DNA from: Octopus sinensis
Lineage: Eukaryota
Length of the DNA: 24,317 nucleotides
Reading direction: 5' to 3'
Assembly (NCBI RefSeq): GCF_006345805.1
Contig: NW_021836700.1
Span: forward strand, 1-24,317
This document shows positions 10,364 to 20,231 of this stretch, piece after piece. The translations under genes were made by a program, and so were the position numbers. Each line of letters opens with the position of its first letter. The first letter of the stretch is position 1. The notes below the pieces were generated by a model. It did no database searches. It saw only the letters and a list, made by a program, of their open reading frames with translations, and was not told the DNA's origin.

Positions 10364-13300
10364 TTATGTTGTATCTTTCACTCGCAACTTTCGTGCTACA
10401 TCTTTCCATCGTTCTTCATACACTCTCCTAGTCAGGCATATTCTCTCCAGCCCTATCTTCCTTTTCAGGTGAAAGATGAAATAATTCATCAAACCAGGGC
10501 CGGAGATGAACTTGCCTGACTGTAAACCTTTCATTCTCGTCTTCCATATCACCTCTTTCGCAATTGCTACTACAACGAGAAAACGAAACTTACCTTCATT
10601 CACGAGGAAATCCGGTGGGTCAATTTTTGTAATCGACTCAGTCGACAGCTGTACTCTTCGTGTACCTGACAACAGCTGTTCGGCATAAACCCACACCTCA
10701 GACACGTCCGGACAATGAACAATAGCGTGCGGGACGGTTTCCCTATCCCGCCCGCATCTTGGACATATCGGACTGTCTTGGCCACCGTGCCTTGCGAGTT
10801 TATCCCGAACAGGTAGAGCTCCTCTGTAGCATTGCCATGCCAGAGACTTCTGGAAGTTGTCCAGTGTCCTCGGCTTGAACGTACGTCGGAACAGACTGGC
10901 CAGCTGATTATCGTCGAGACCTAGGGCTTCTCCCAAGGTATCTTCACATTCCGCCTCTACCAACCCTCTATAGAAGAATGTGGTGGAACACCCACCGCAG
11001 GCGTTGCCCGAGCGACGGAATAGCAGGAGAGCCTTGCGACACTCTGTGTACCAAGTACCAAGTTTCGATCTACGATTCAGCCAGGTTTCCCATCCACCGA
11101 AACTAGTGAACTTGGGAAACATCAGTTTTGCTAGCGAAGACCACCCCGTTCACCATCCAGGTAGAGCCACAGATGTCTTAACCTCAGCGCATGTCTGCGC
11201 ATCATCAGCCAAGGCATCCCTAGCCCACCCTTTAACGGTTGTTGACAGCAAGTAGAGCGTTTCACAAGTGGTTTCCCGCCCTTCCACAAGAAGTAGAAGA
11301 GCTGTCTTTCCAACTTGATCAACCACGAATCAAGGCAAGGAACGACGGAAAGGCGGTAGGTGATAACCGATGCGATAAACACATTGGCCACCTCCGCCCT
11401 CCCTTTCAGGGATAGCCACCGCCAAGACCAGGTCTTGGCTCCTGCAGCCACCTTGCTCGTTACCTCGCCCCAATTCTTCTCTATTTGGAGGTCTGGACCG
11501 AACCAGACCCCTAGCAGTTTAATAGGACCCTCCGTCCAACGTCCCACGACGCTGTCAGGAGGCATCGACTTGCCTCTCCAGGTGCCGAGTTGCAAGCCGA
11601 CTGACTTTTCGCGATTAACTTTTGCTCCTGTCACCGTCTCGTAAACCTCTATGGCCTTGCCTACTTTACATAGGTGGTCCATTTCGGTTACGATGATGGT
11701 GACGTCATCCGCGTACGCTGACACTGATTTTCCATTACCTGGCTGTCTCGGGATGCCGCTCAGTTTTCGCAGTAATGGCTCAAGAGCCATCACGTACAAA
11801 AGCGGGGAGAGCGGACACCCTTGACGAACCGAGCGTTTGATTTTGAACGGCTTCGACAAGAAGCCGTTCACCCGAACTACCGAGTCGATGTTATCATAAA
11901 TTTGGATAATCCACCTGAGGAAGCCAAGGCTCAGCCCGAACTGTGCCAGGGCAGATACCAGGTAACGATGGTCGACCCTATCAAAAGCTTTAGACTGGTC
12001 TAAATGGACCAGTGCCCCACCCTTGCCAGAATCACTATTAAACCCCTCTATAGTGTACCGCATTAGATGGAGATTATCCTGAATGGATCTGCCCGGAACG
12101 GCACTTGTCTGTGCCTCTCCGATCAGACCATCCGCGACACGCGCCAATCTTTTCGATAACACTTTGGCCAAAATCTTCAACTCTGTGTTTAGCAGAGTGA
12201 TGGGCCTGAAATTATCAATGCACTCCCCCTTGCTCGGGTCCTTTCTGACGAGAGTCACTACTCCCCGGCGCACAGATCTGGTTATAAGCCCGTTGCTGCT
12301 GCCAGTTCGCATAGACCTCCGCCAGTAGGTGCCCGAAAAGTCTGGCATACTCTTATATAACTCATAGGGTAGACCATCCAAACCCGGCGCCTTGCCCGCG
12401 CCGCAGTCCGCCATTGCCTCAACCACCTCCTCAGGCGTGATTGGCCCTTCACAGCCCTCCGCATCTCGCCCCGATAAGCGCGCGGCAGCCCGTCAAGTAG
12501 GTCCGTAAAGGCCCTCCTCCTATCCAGTCCGCCGCAATCACCGAAAAGCTGAGCGAAGTGCTCCTGAAAGGCCTCACACATCTCCTCGGGTTCGTTTATC
12601 AACTCACCTTGTTGGTTCGTCAAAGATCGAATCGTGGCATCGTTACCATGCTGAGCTTCCACCACTCGGGCCCATCTCACGGCGTTGATTCCTTCACATC
12701 CCATATGGCGGATTCTAGCCCTGACAATGCAGCCCATGTGTTTGGCCTCGAGGTGCTGTTTAACAACAGTCTCTTGGACGCCACCTGAGCCGCAGAGCCA
12801 GTTTTCATGGCTTCCTCTAATTCCTTAACTAGAGTAGTTTCCTTCTAGCCTCTCTAGCCACTACTCCTATGCTATATCTAATAGACTCAAACTTGATGGC
12901 TCGTTTGAGGGCGTACCACCATTTGTTATTAATGATGGTACTAGATAGTGCCCTCTGAATTATATTCCTAATCCGGTCTTTGTACTCCTTAATCGCCAAA
13001 AGGGACGTATTAAGTTTCCAGTAACCGGATCCTCTATTTTTAACCTTATCTATGTCAAGCTTACAAGTGACCATTTTATGATCACTGTAGCTGATCGGGT
13101 AAAGCTGTGGACACTTAGCTATTTTACTGTCTACTTTTCTAATTAGTATTCTATCTAAATATGACTTGAAGATCCGTCGCTGTTTGACCATGTCCACAAT
13201 GGAGCGTTCGGAAATTCCAGCCTATAAGGATCTGCTAGCTCAAAGCGGCTTAGCAGTTCCATGAAGCCACTGTTACCTTTTCTATCTGGACGCGAGCCAA

Positions 13301-13759
13301 CACAATCTACATCCGCTTTGCAAATTGTGTTAAAGTCTCCTAGCACCACTAATGAATGCGAAGTACCAAGAAAGTTTTCCAGTTCACGAAAATAATCACT
13401 TTGCCCTTTTTGGTTGGGTGCGTAAATTGCAACCAGTCTGATAACTTTACCATTACTGAACGTCAAATCCATGACGACCATCCTACCTTCTGGATCTGCA
13501 AAAATTAACTTTTTCTCAGAAACCCGGTTTCTTTTTAATAGGACCAACACCCCACCCCCGCCTGTAGGACTGCAGGAGGAGAGAAAAAACTCTCGTAGCC
13601 GTCAAACAGCGGGAGTAGACCTCTTGGCCCCTCTAACCGGGTTTCTGTAGCAACAATAACATCTAAATTACGCGACCTGATATCATGCAGGAAGCGACCT
13701 TGCTTCCCGCTTGAACCCCGGCCGCGCACATTCAAACAACCAACATAAATGCAATCCAT
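10364..13759 (-). pseudogene. Tx1-type ORF2: APE endonuclease, RT, C-terminal zinc-binding region; about 6 frameshifts
   Basis: EN motifs CLNVRG, ATETRL, VLGDFN and YSDH; RT motifs NFRPITLLN, LDQSKAFDRVDH, VRQGCPLSPLLY and YADD (11704-11715); C-terminal CPRCGRDRETVPHAIVHC. Confidence 0.92.
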
Positions 13760-13811
13760 TACTTACCCCTATATCAGTGGTTCGACTTGTTCGACTTGTT
13801 TTTCGTCGTCT

Positions 13812-15113
13812 TCACTTTTTTTTTTCCTTGGTTCGTGGGGGAGTCCGACGCAGGCCCTCGTATAGATATGGAGACATGTCCAATCTCAGAGGGCCCACGT
13901 CGTGGAAGAATTCGGATTTTATCCGTCTGTAATCCTTCCGGCCTATTTTATAAACAATGCAGTCTTTTGTTTTTCTCACTCTTTCCACTTTTGCCATGGC
14001 TGCCAAAACATTAACTAGTCTGTTATTGGTGGCCTTAATGGCCATAAATGAATTAGTTGCTTCCTTTCTCTTCTTCTGGTTCTCTTCCTGAGGGGTGGTT
14101 TCTGTTTTCCGTTTTTTTTTTGGTAACTTTTGACCACCCCTCCTCTTTTTCCTTTTCTACGCCACTTGTTTCTACTACCTCTTTGGTTTCATGTGTTTTT
14201 TCTTCTGTTTTCTTTTCTGTTTTTTCTTTTCCGGCGGGCTTCTACCTGCGGTTTAGGTTGGCACTCTGCTCTTACGTGCCCCTTTTAACCGCAGCCGAAG
14301 CACCTCGGTTTCTTCCCTCCCACGAAACACTAGCACCCTCTCCTCCTCGCTGAGCCTCAATATCTCCGGTATTTCTTCTAGTGTTTGGACTTCGGCTTGG
14401 ATCGCCATTGTGATGCATTGTCCTTGCCAAAACCCTTCCTCCTCTACTGTAGCCTGGAGGATAGTGATCTTGTCCTCCAGGCCTAGCATCACTGCCGCCA
14501 CCTGGCATGTGGCGTCCGCTTCTGGCGGAATATTTTTCATTACTATTTTTGAGGTCCTTCTGCCTCTGTACAGGGGTAGAAGGACTATATTCCCTACTTT
14601 TTGAGGTTCGGTTGATAGCTTCTTTGCTATCTCCTCGGTCTTAAACCTCACCTCAACTGTTCCAAACCTTCTGCCTCGGTTTATGTATGTTATGTCTTTT
14701 CTTATTGCCTTCAGACACTCCTCTATTTTCTTTTCCTCCACTTTTTGGATGCTTTTCGTCGTTATATTGTAGGTCTTGTAGATGATCCTTTTTCTTTCTA
14801 TTTCTTCTTTCTTTCCGACGTCTGCTTCCACTGCTATTTCATTTCCTTCCTTTTTCAAAAGTACTTCATACTTTTCTAGGTTGCTCCTATCTGTGTTGAT
14901 CCTCTTTTGTTTTCGACCTGCGACTTCCGCGAACTTCTTCGCTGGGGCCTTTTCTGTTTCTGGCGTCACCGCCGGTTCTTTTTCCGGCGTCACCGCCGGT
15001 GAACTTTCTTCACCTGAAGTTGGTGAACTTTCTTCACCTGAAATCGGTGAATATGAGATAGGAGTCTCCATCTCAAGCCTTTTCAATTGGCTTTCACAGC
15101 CTTCAAAAGACAT
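13812..15113 (-). pseudogene. Tx1-type ORF1 (nucleic-acid-binding protein with CCHC zinc knuckle); frameshifted and with an in-frame stop
   Basis: The 286-aa ORF 15113-14253 continues after a frameshift into CFGCG*KGHVRAEC (CX2CX4HX4C, 14302-14261) and a Lys/Glu-rich tail. The 77-aa ORF 14045-13812 is probably the shifted C-terminus (inference). Confidence 0.8.
14962..15045. repeat. Two sets of 24-bp in-frame tandem repeats in the ORF1 N-terminus
   Basis: ggtgaactttcttcacctgaa repeats with a 24-bp period (14998, 15022), and ggcgtcaccgccggt repeats with a 24-bp period (14962, 14986). They encode SGEESSP x2 and PAVTPE x2. Confidence 0.9.
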
Positions 15114-15351
15114 TTTAGCTTTGCAAGCCTTTTGTGTAGATTTTTAAATGTGTTCCACACAAAATGTCCCACAATAATTCCCCCGCAGGGGGGGGGGGAC
15201 TAAATACGCAGCCTTCGCGCGAAGGCCACTGACAGTCTTATACAAAAGACACAATATATCAAAGCAACAGTAATTAAATCAACGAATCGGTATTAACAAA
15301 GTAGCAGCAAATGACAAACCAGACAGGCACTCGAATAAGTATTCAGTTGGT

Positions 15352-15520
15352 GACAATCTCAAAAATTGATTTCCTCCACCTGTTCAAATCTTCTTTTCTC
15401 TCTACATTGTATACTTTATAGACAATAGTCTTATCTTTAATTTAATTTTTTATTATCCATTTGGACTATTCCATTTCTGCACGCTAATTTTATTTTTATT
15501 TTATTCCCATTCATGTGAAA
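15352..15520 (-). pseudogene. Relic of a diverged Tx1/L1-type ORF1 (upstream part)
   Basis: Minus-strand IKDKTIVYKVYNVERKEDLN (IVYKVYNV at 15426-15403) and MNGNKI align with ERKRIIYKTYNITTKS and EGNEI in the ORF1 of element C. The match is short and frameshifted. Confidence 0.55.
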
Positions 15521-15722
15521 CCACTTATTCAAGTTCAAGTCATTGATGCAATTTTATACCAATTGCTATTCTTATTTTTGTTATGTTACTTTAGTTTGAT
15601 TTTCATTATTACTTACAACATATAATTCAATTGTTATTATTATTTTTATTGTTAAAGTGAAAGTATCTGATATAAAATAGAGAAACGTTTTTGTTTCACT
15701 TTTAACACGTAATACTGAAATT

Positions 15723-16014
15723 GTGGAGAAGATATGATATTGCTATGGGCTCGCTCTAGGCAAGAAGTTGAACATTTTCTTGCCCATGAAACTACGTGGA
15801 CCCTAAGTAAGGCATGTGTAAAATTTGAAAGGAATTGGTTGTGTAGTTCTCAAGTTTTAGGGAATCGTAGTGGAGAAGATATGATATTGCTATGGGCTCG
15901 CTCTAGGCAAGAAGTTGAACAATGTTTTTGCCGATGACACTCCCCGGACCCTAAGTAAGACATGTGTAAAATTTGAATGAAATTGGTTGCGTAGTTCTCA
16001 AGTTTTAGGGAAAC
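15723..16014. repeat. Two-copy tandem repeat, 147-bp period
   Basis: gtggagaagatatgatattgctatgggctcgctctaggcaagaagttgaaca (52 bp, identical) starts at both 15723 and 15870. The remainder of each unit is similar but diverged. Confidence 0.93.
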
Positions 16015-16308
16015 GCACAGACAGACAGAGAGACACACATTGTCAGTTTTATATATATAAAGATATATACCTTTCCGATGGGTATGAGTAAGTATTTCAC
16101 TTATATCTCAAGTATTTGCCGCTGAAGAGGGGGAAATTCAATGAATTAACCCCCAAATCGGACCAATACGGTGATAATGAATTTTTTTTGAAATTTCTAT
16201 CGGTTTGTTTCGAGACGCATAAATTATAATGGTTATTTGACACTTTTTGTCTTTCTTACGGTATTTTGGCATTAGAATTTTTCTTTTGCCCTTATTTTGT
16301 AAATATAA

Positions 16309-16310
<2 letters not shown>

Positions 16311-16368
<58 letters not shown>
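16311..16368. repeat. (AT)n microsatellite
   Basis: Direct reading. Confidence 0.95.
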
Positions 16369-16370
<2 letters not shown>

Positions 16371-16371
<1 letters not shown>

Positions 16372-19300
16372 CCTCTACAAAATGAAGGAGAAGCATTACA
16401 CCTTCAAGATTCAAGGTCAGTGTTATCACCGCATGGGAAGTCTTTACCCTCAACCTACCAAGGAACCCAAGTTCTTTCAGATTTTCTTCATGGGTTGTTC
16501 AAACGCAGAAGGTATCCACGGTGCAACAGAAATTCAGATGCTGACGCAGCAATTGTTACTGAACTCCAACATATGCTTCATGCAACACATCCTCATGTCA
16601 ACGAATTGAAGAATGCGTTGCAGCTTTTGGAAGCCCAACCTGAGCTAAAATTGATAATTAAAGCTGACAGGCGACCTGCTGGTGAGCACCCGCGACGTTT
16701 CAAGGCTCCAACCACCAACAAGGTTGCAGCAATCATAGTCGGCGAAGAAAATGGCAAGAAAAGGGCTTTCAACAGGGTTACATGTACTGGTATTTACGGC
16801 TACCCAATTTACTGACGACGTGCCCCTGACTTTGGAGAAATTTCGGCGAAAAAAAAGGATAAAGGGCAAAGACATTGCCATCAACAACAGTATGGTTGTT
16901 CCCTACAGTCCTTTCTCCCTTAAAAACTTCAACGCCCACATCAACGTTGAATCTTGTACCTCGATTAAAGGCATCAAGTACATATCCAAACATGTAAACA
17001 AGGGCAGCGACATGGCTGTTTTGGGTGAGCAGGATGAAGACACAGCCAACGATGAAATCCTTCAATACGTTATGGGCAGGTATATTTCGTGCAATATGGC
17101 GGCATGGCGCATTCTAGGTTTTGATATTCACCATTCCTCTGCAGCTGTTTTTGGCCTAGATGTACACTTAGAAAATAGGCAACGTGTTTACTTCACTGAG
17201 GACACCGCCGCAAATGTACTCAAACAGCCACCGGAAACAACGCTTACAGGATTCTTTAAGTCGTGTACTTCCGATTCTTTGCGCAAACTCTACTTTATGA
17301 CGATGTACCGTCCTACATCACTTGGACTAACAAAAAATGTCAAAGGCGGCGGCAGGGCGTGCGAATCGACAATGAGGTCGGTTAGGTAATCTACAAAGGA
17401 AACATGATCGGTCGTGTACACATTCTACACCCAAAGGATCAGGAGTGCTTTTTTGTGGATGATTCTGTTTCATATGAAAGGCCCAACATCATTTGCCCAC
17501 GTCAGATCATTCGAAGGACAAATGTGTTGCACTTACAGGGAAGCTTGCTTGCGACGGGGACTACTCGAGGATGAGGGTCTCTGGAACACGGCATTGCAAG
17601 AGGCCTCTGAATGCAAGACACCAGAAGTAATGCGCCGAATATTTTGTCTCATCTATTCAGTAATGTGTCTAACCCTCTTCATTTCTGGGACACATTTAAA
17701 GATAGATTTTTCCGAAGACCATCTCCGACGACCTCAAGCCGAAGATCCAACGGCTGGATTCGACTTCAATAATGTCACCTACAACACAGCACTCCTCGAT
17801 TTGCAATCGCAACTGTAAGTTATGGGAGGAGTTGGCGTCCTCAGATTTCAGTCTGCCGTCTCCGCGGGACATTCCAAATGCTTTAGCTGCTGAATATATG
17901 CGAGAGTTGAGCTACAACACGCAGGAAATGGTGGCGCAGGTTACTCAGGACGAGCCTAGACTTTTGGAAGTACAGAGAATTGAATACAACAGGTTCCTCA
18001 CCAGTGGTAATTCCAACGAAGGACAACTTTATTTCTTGGATGCTCCCGGCAGAACCGCCAAAATTCTCCAGGAAAATGGGATTGCCATAGCGGTTGCATC
18101 CAACGGCATCGCAGAAACTCTACTGCAAGGCGGTCGTACGGCACACTCTGCATTCAAATTACCACTAGACTTGACCAAACAGAGAAATCCAACTTGCAAT
18201 GCTAGTCGTGGCTCAGACATGGGGAATCTTCTCACTGAGTGCAGCCTTATCATTTGGGATAAGGCAGCCATGTGTCATAAGGCAGCATTTGAGGCGCTCG
18301 AGCGGTTTCTTCAAGACCTGAGACGCAATATGAGAGTGATGGGTGGAGTGATTGTTCTGCTTGCTGGCAACTTCCGACAAACTCTACCTGTCATTCCACG
18401 GGGGACACGAGCTGACGAGGTAAATGCTTCCAAAAAATCATCCTAGTTATGGCACCACAGAGAGAAAATTCGCCTGACTACGAACATGAGAGTTCACGTG
18501 TTTGGCGACGAACATGCGGCCACATTCTCGGCGCAGCTTCTCAATGTTAGTAATGGAACTGTAGCTGGCGATACTGATAGTTTCATCCGTTTACCATTTG
18601 GTAACTTCGTGCCTAACGTAGATGATTTGATTTCTCCAGTTTTTCCTGACATTGCAAGCCAAAGCCTTCACACAACTTGCCTACAAGGAATAGCAATGTT
18701 GGCGCCTCACAATAAAACAGTCGACGCTTTCAATAATAAACTTTTTGATCTGCTTCCCGGAGAAAAACTCTCCTTCAAGTCCCTTGACACGCATGAAAAC
18801 CCGGATGATATGACCGTTTTCACAACAGAATTTCTTAATTCCCAAACGCCCCCAGGACTTCCGCCTCACGAACTCCATCTCAAGGATGTCACGCCCATCA
18901 TGCTGCTGCGGAATTTGGATACTCCAATAATGTGTAACGGCACCCGGATGATAATAAAAAATATATACTCCCGAGTTCTGCAGGAAACCATCTTGAATGG
19001 ACCAGCCAATGTTCACGATGTTCTTATAACCCCAATGTCCCTCACTCCCTCCGATACGATCTACAAATTTAAGCGGCTGCAATTTCCTATCAAACTCTCC
19101 TTTGCAATGACATTAATCCCTATTTTTGTAAGCAGTTGTATCCATAAAAGTTTTCTTTGCAGAGAGCAGAAAGTGAAAGATATGTGAAATGGACATGTGT
19201 GTGTGTGTGTGTGCGTACTTACGCATGTGTATGTGAGAGAGAAAGAGAGATAGTGTGAGTGAGTGAAGGCACAGGGTCAATCATTGCAAATGGTTGGTTT

Positions 19301-19436
19301 AAATCTCACAGAGCAAGTGTTCTCCCACGGTCAACTCTTCCTTGGATGCTCCCATGTTGGCAGCACACAAAGTCTAGACATTTGTACATCAGAAGGGAAA
19401 ACGAGAAATGTGGCCTACAAGGAAGCGCTCCTCTGA
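16371..19436 (+). pseudogene. Decayed Helitron RepHel (Rep remnant + PIF1-like helicase), 5'-truncated
   Basis: Helitron-typical segments TFKIQGQCYHRMGSL, EHPRRFKAPT, VVPYSP...AHINVESCTSIKGIKY, GRYISC..AAWRILGF, VHLENRQRVYF, KGPTSF...TYREACLRRGLLEDE, GRTAHSAFKLPL, FRQTLPVIPRG, MLLRNLD...CNGTR, RLQFPIKLSFAMT and KAQGQSL...VFSHGQL...TRNVAYKEALL* (stop 19434-19436). Confidence 0.92.
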
Positions 19437-19665
19437 AAAGATGGCATTTCTTCACATCTTTCAAATCACCCCAGGCATGTGCCGCCTCAAGAGCTTCGTA
19501 GTCGCCGTGCCAGCCAATGTAACTCAATGACACGCACCTTTACTCACTCACACTATCTCTCTTTCTCACCCTCTTTCTCTCTCACATACACATCCGTAAG
19601 TACGCACACACGCACTCACATGTGCATTTCACATATCTTTCACTTTCTTCTTTCTGCAAAGAAAA
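19151..19665. repeat. Inverted repeat pair: 19151-19269 versus 19537-19665
   Basis: ttttctttgcagagagcagaaagtgaaagatatgtgaaatggacatgtg...gtgcgtacttacgcatgtgtatgtgagagagaaagagagatagtgtgagtgagtgaagg matches the reverse complement of 19537-19665 with scattered substitutions and one short indel. Confidence 0.92.
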
Positions 19666-19759
19666 TTTCTTTGCAGATGTTTCTCATCAGTTGATATTTC
19701 AAAAAGCACCTCGCCCAATGAACTCGGTTCCACTTGGTTCGATTATAATGTATTTCGTT

Positions 19760-19762
<3 letters not shown>

Positions 19763-19845
<83 letters not shown>
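19763..19845. repeat. (TAA)n microsatellite, 5' flank of the Dong-like element
   Basis: Direct reading. Confidence 0.97.
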
Positions 19846-19848
<3 letters not shown>

Positions 19849-20231
19849 GGAGGAGGGGGAGAACACCGGGGACGTTTAACATGTGAGAGCGATAAAACAG
19901 TGCTCCGAAATCTATCCACAAACATCGAAAACAAAGACATCATATGGAGCCAAAAATTAACTGACAAAGGATTGGACTATATCCGAATAAGTAATGCTCA
20001 TTGAAATGTATTACTATTGTCCAAACGAAATGATGTATTTTAACTCGATATCATCTCCACCTCTAACACAACACATGTAAACATGCTTGATACATTACGA
20101 TCCATCAACACCAGATCATCTCCGGCCCCAAACACCATGTACAAAAAACTACGAAGAAATTTAATAACACCGATATTATTCAACCCAAGAATAACAATCG
20201 GGAAGTACGTACTTTAAACTTACAACATAAA

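Larger units (their letters stand above)
10121..15199 (-). mobile_element. Apparently full-length Tx1-like (L1 group) non-LTR retrotransposon, element C
   Basis: It has ORF1, ORF2 and a 3' UTR ending in AATAAAA (minus strand, 10127-10121). The 5' boundary is uncertain (15199 to about 15350), and the 3' end could alternatively be the A5 run at 10199-10195. Confidence 0.9.
15200..16063 (-). mobile_element. Putative non-autonomous Helitron-like element
   Basis: The minus-strand 5' end reads A|TCTTTATATATATAAAACTGACAATGTGTGTCTCTCTGTCTGTCTGTG...AACTACGCAACCAATTTCATTCAAATTTT, the typical TC + (GTCT)n layout. A candidate 3' end is the 16-bp palindrome at 15211-15226 followed by 11 nt ending TTAG|T. 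The 5' end is better supported than the 3' end. Confidence 0.55.

Noticed and set aside
15114-15350. HDV-like ribozyme in the Tx1 leader
   Set aside because: Hairpins are present but I could not build the nested double pseudoknot; an Infernal/RNArobo search would be needed.
15352-15387. About 33-nt similarity to 10123-10090 as a long target-site duplication
   Set aside because: Roughly a quarter of positions differ, which is incompatible with the good preservation of element C.
15723-16014. Repeat-spacer appearance resembling a CRISPR array
   Set aside because: There are only two units, the 'spacers' are homologous to each other, the context is eukaryotic and there are no cas genes.
19715-19763. 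3' terminus of the large Helitron at ...GTATTTCGTTAG|T
   Set aside because: Only a 4-bp stem (GAAC-tcg-GTTC) lies nearby and there is no CTRR; too weak to call.
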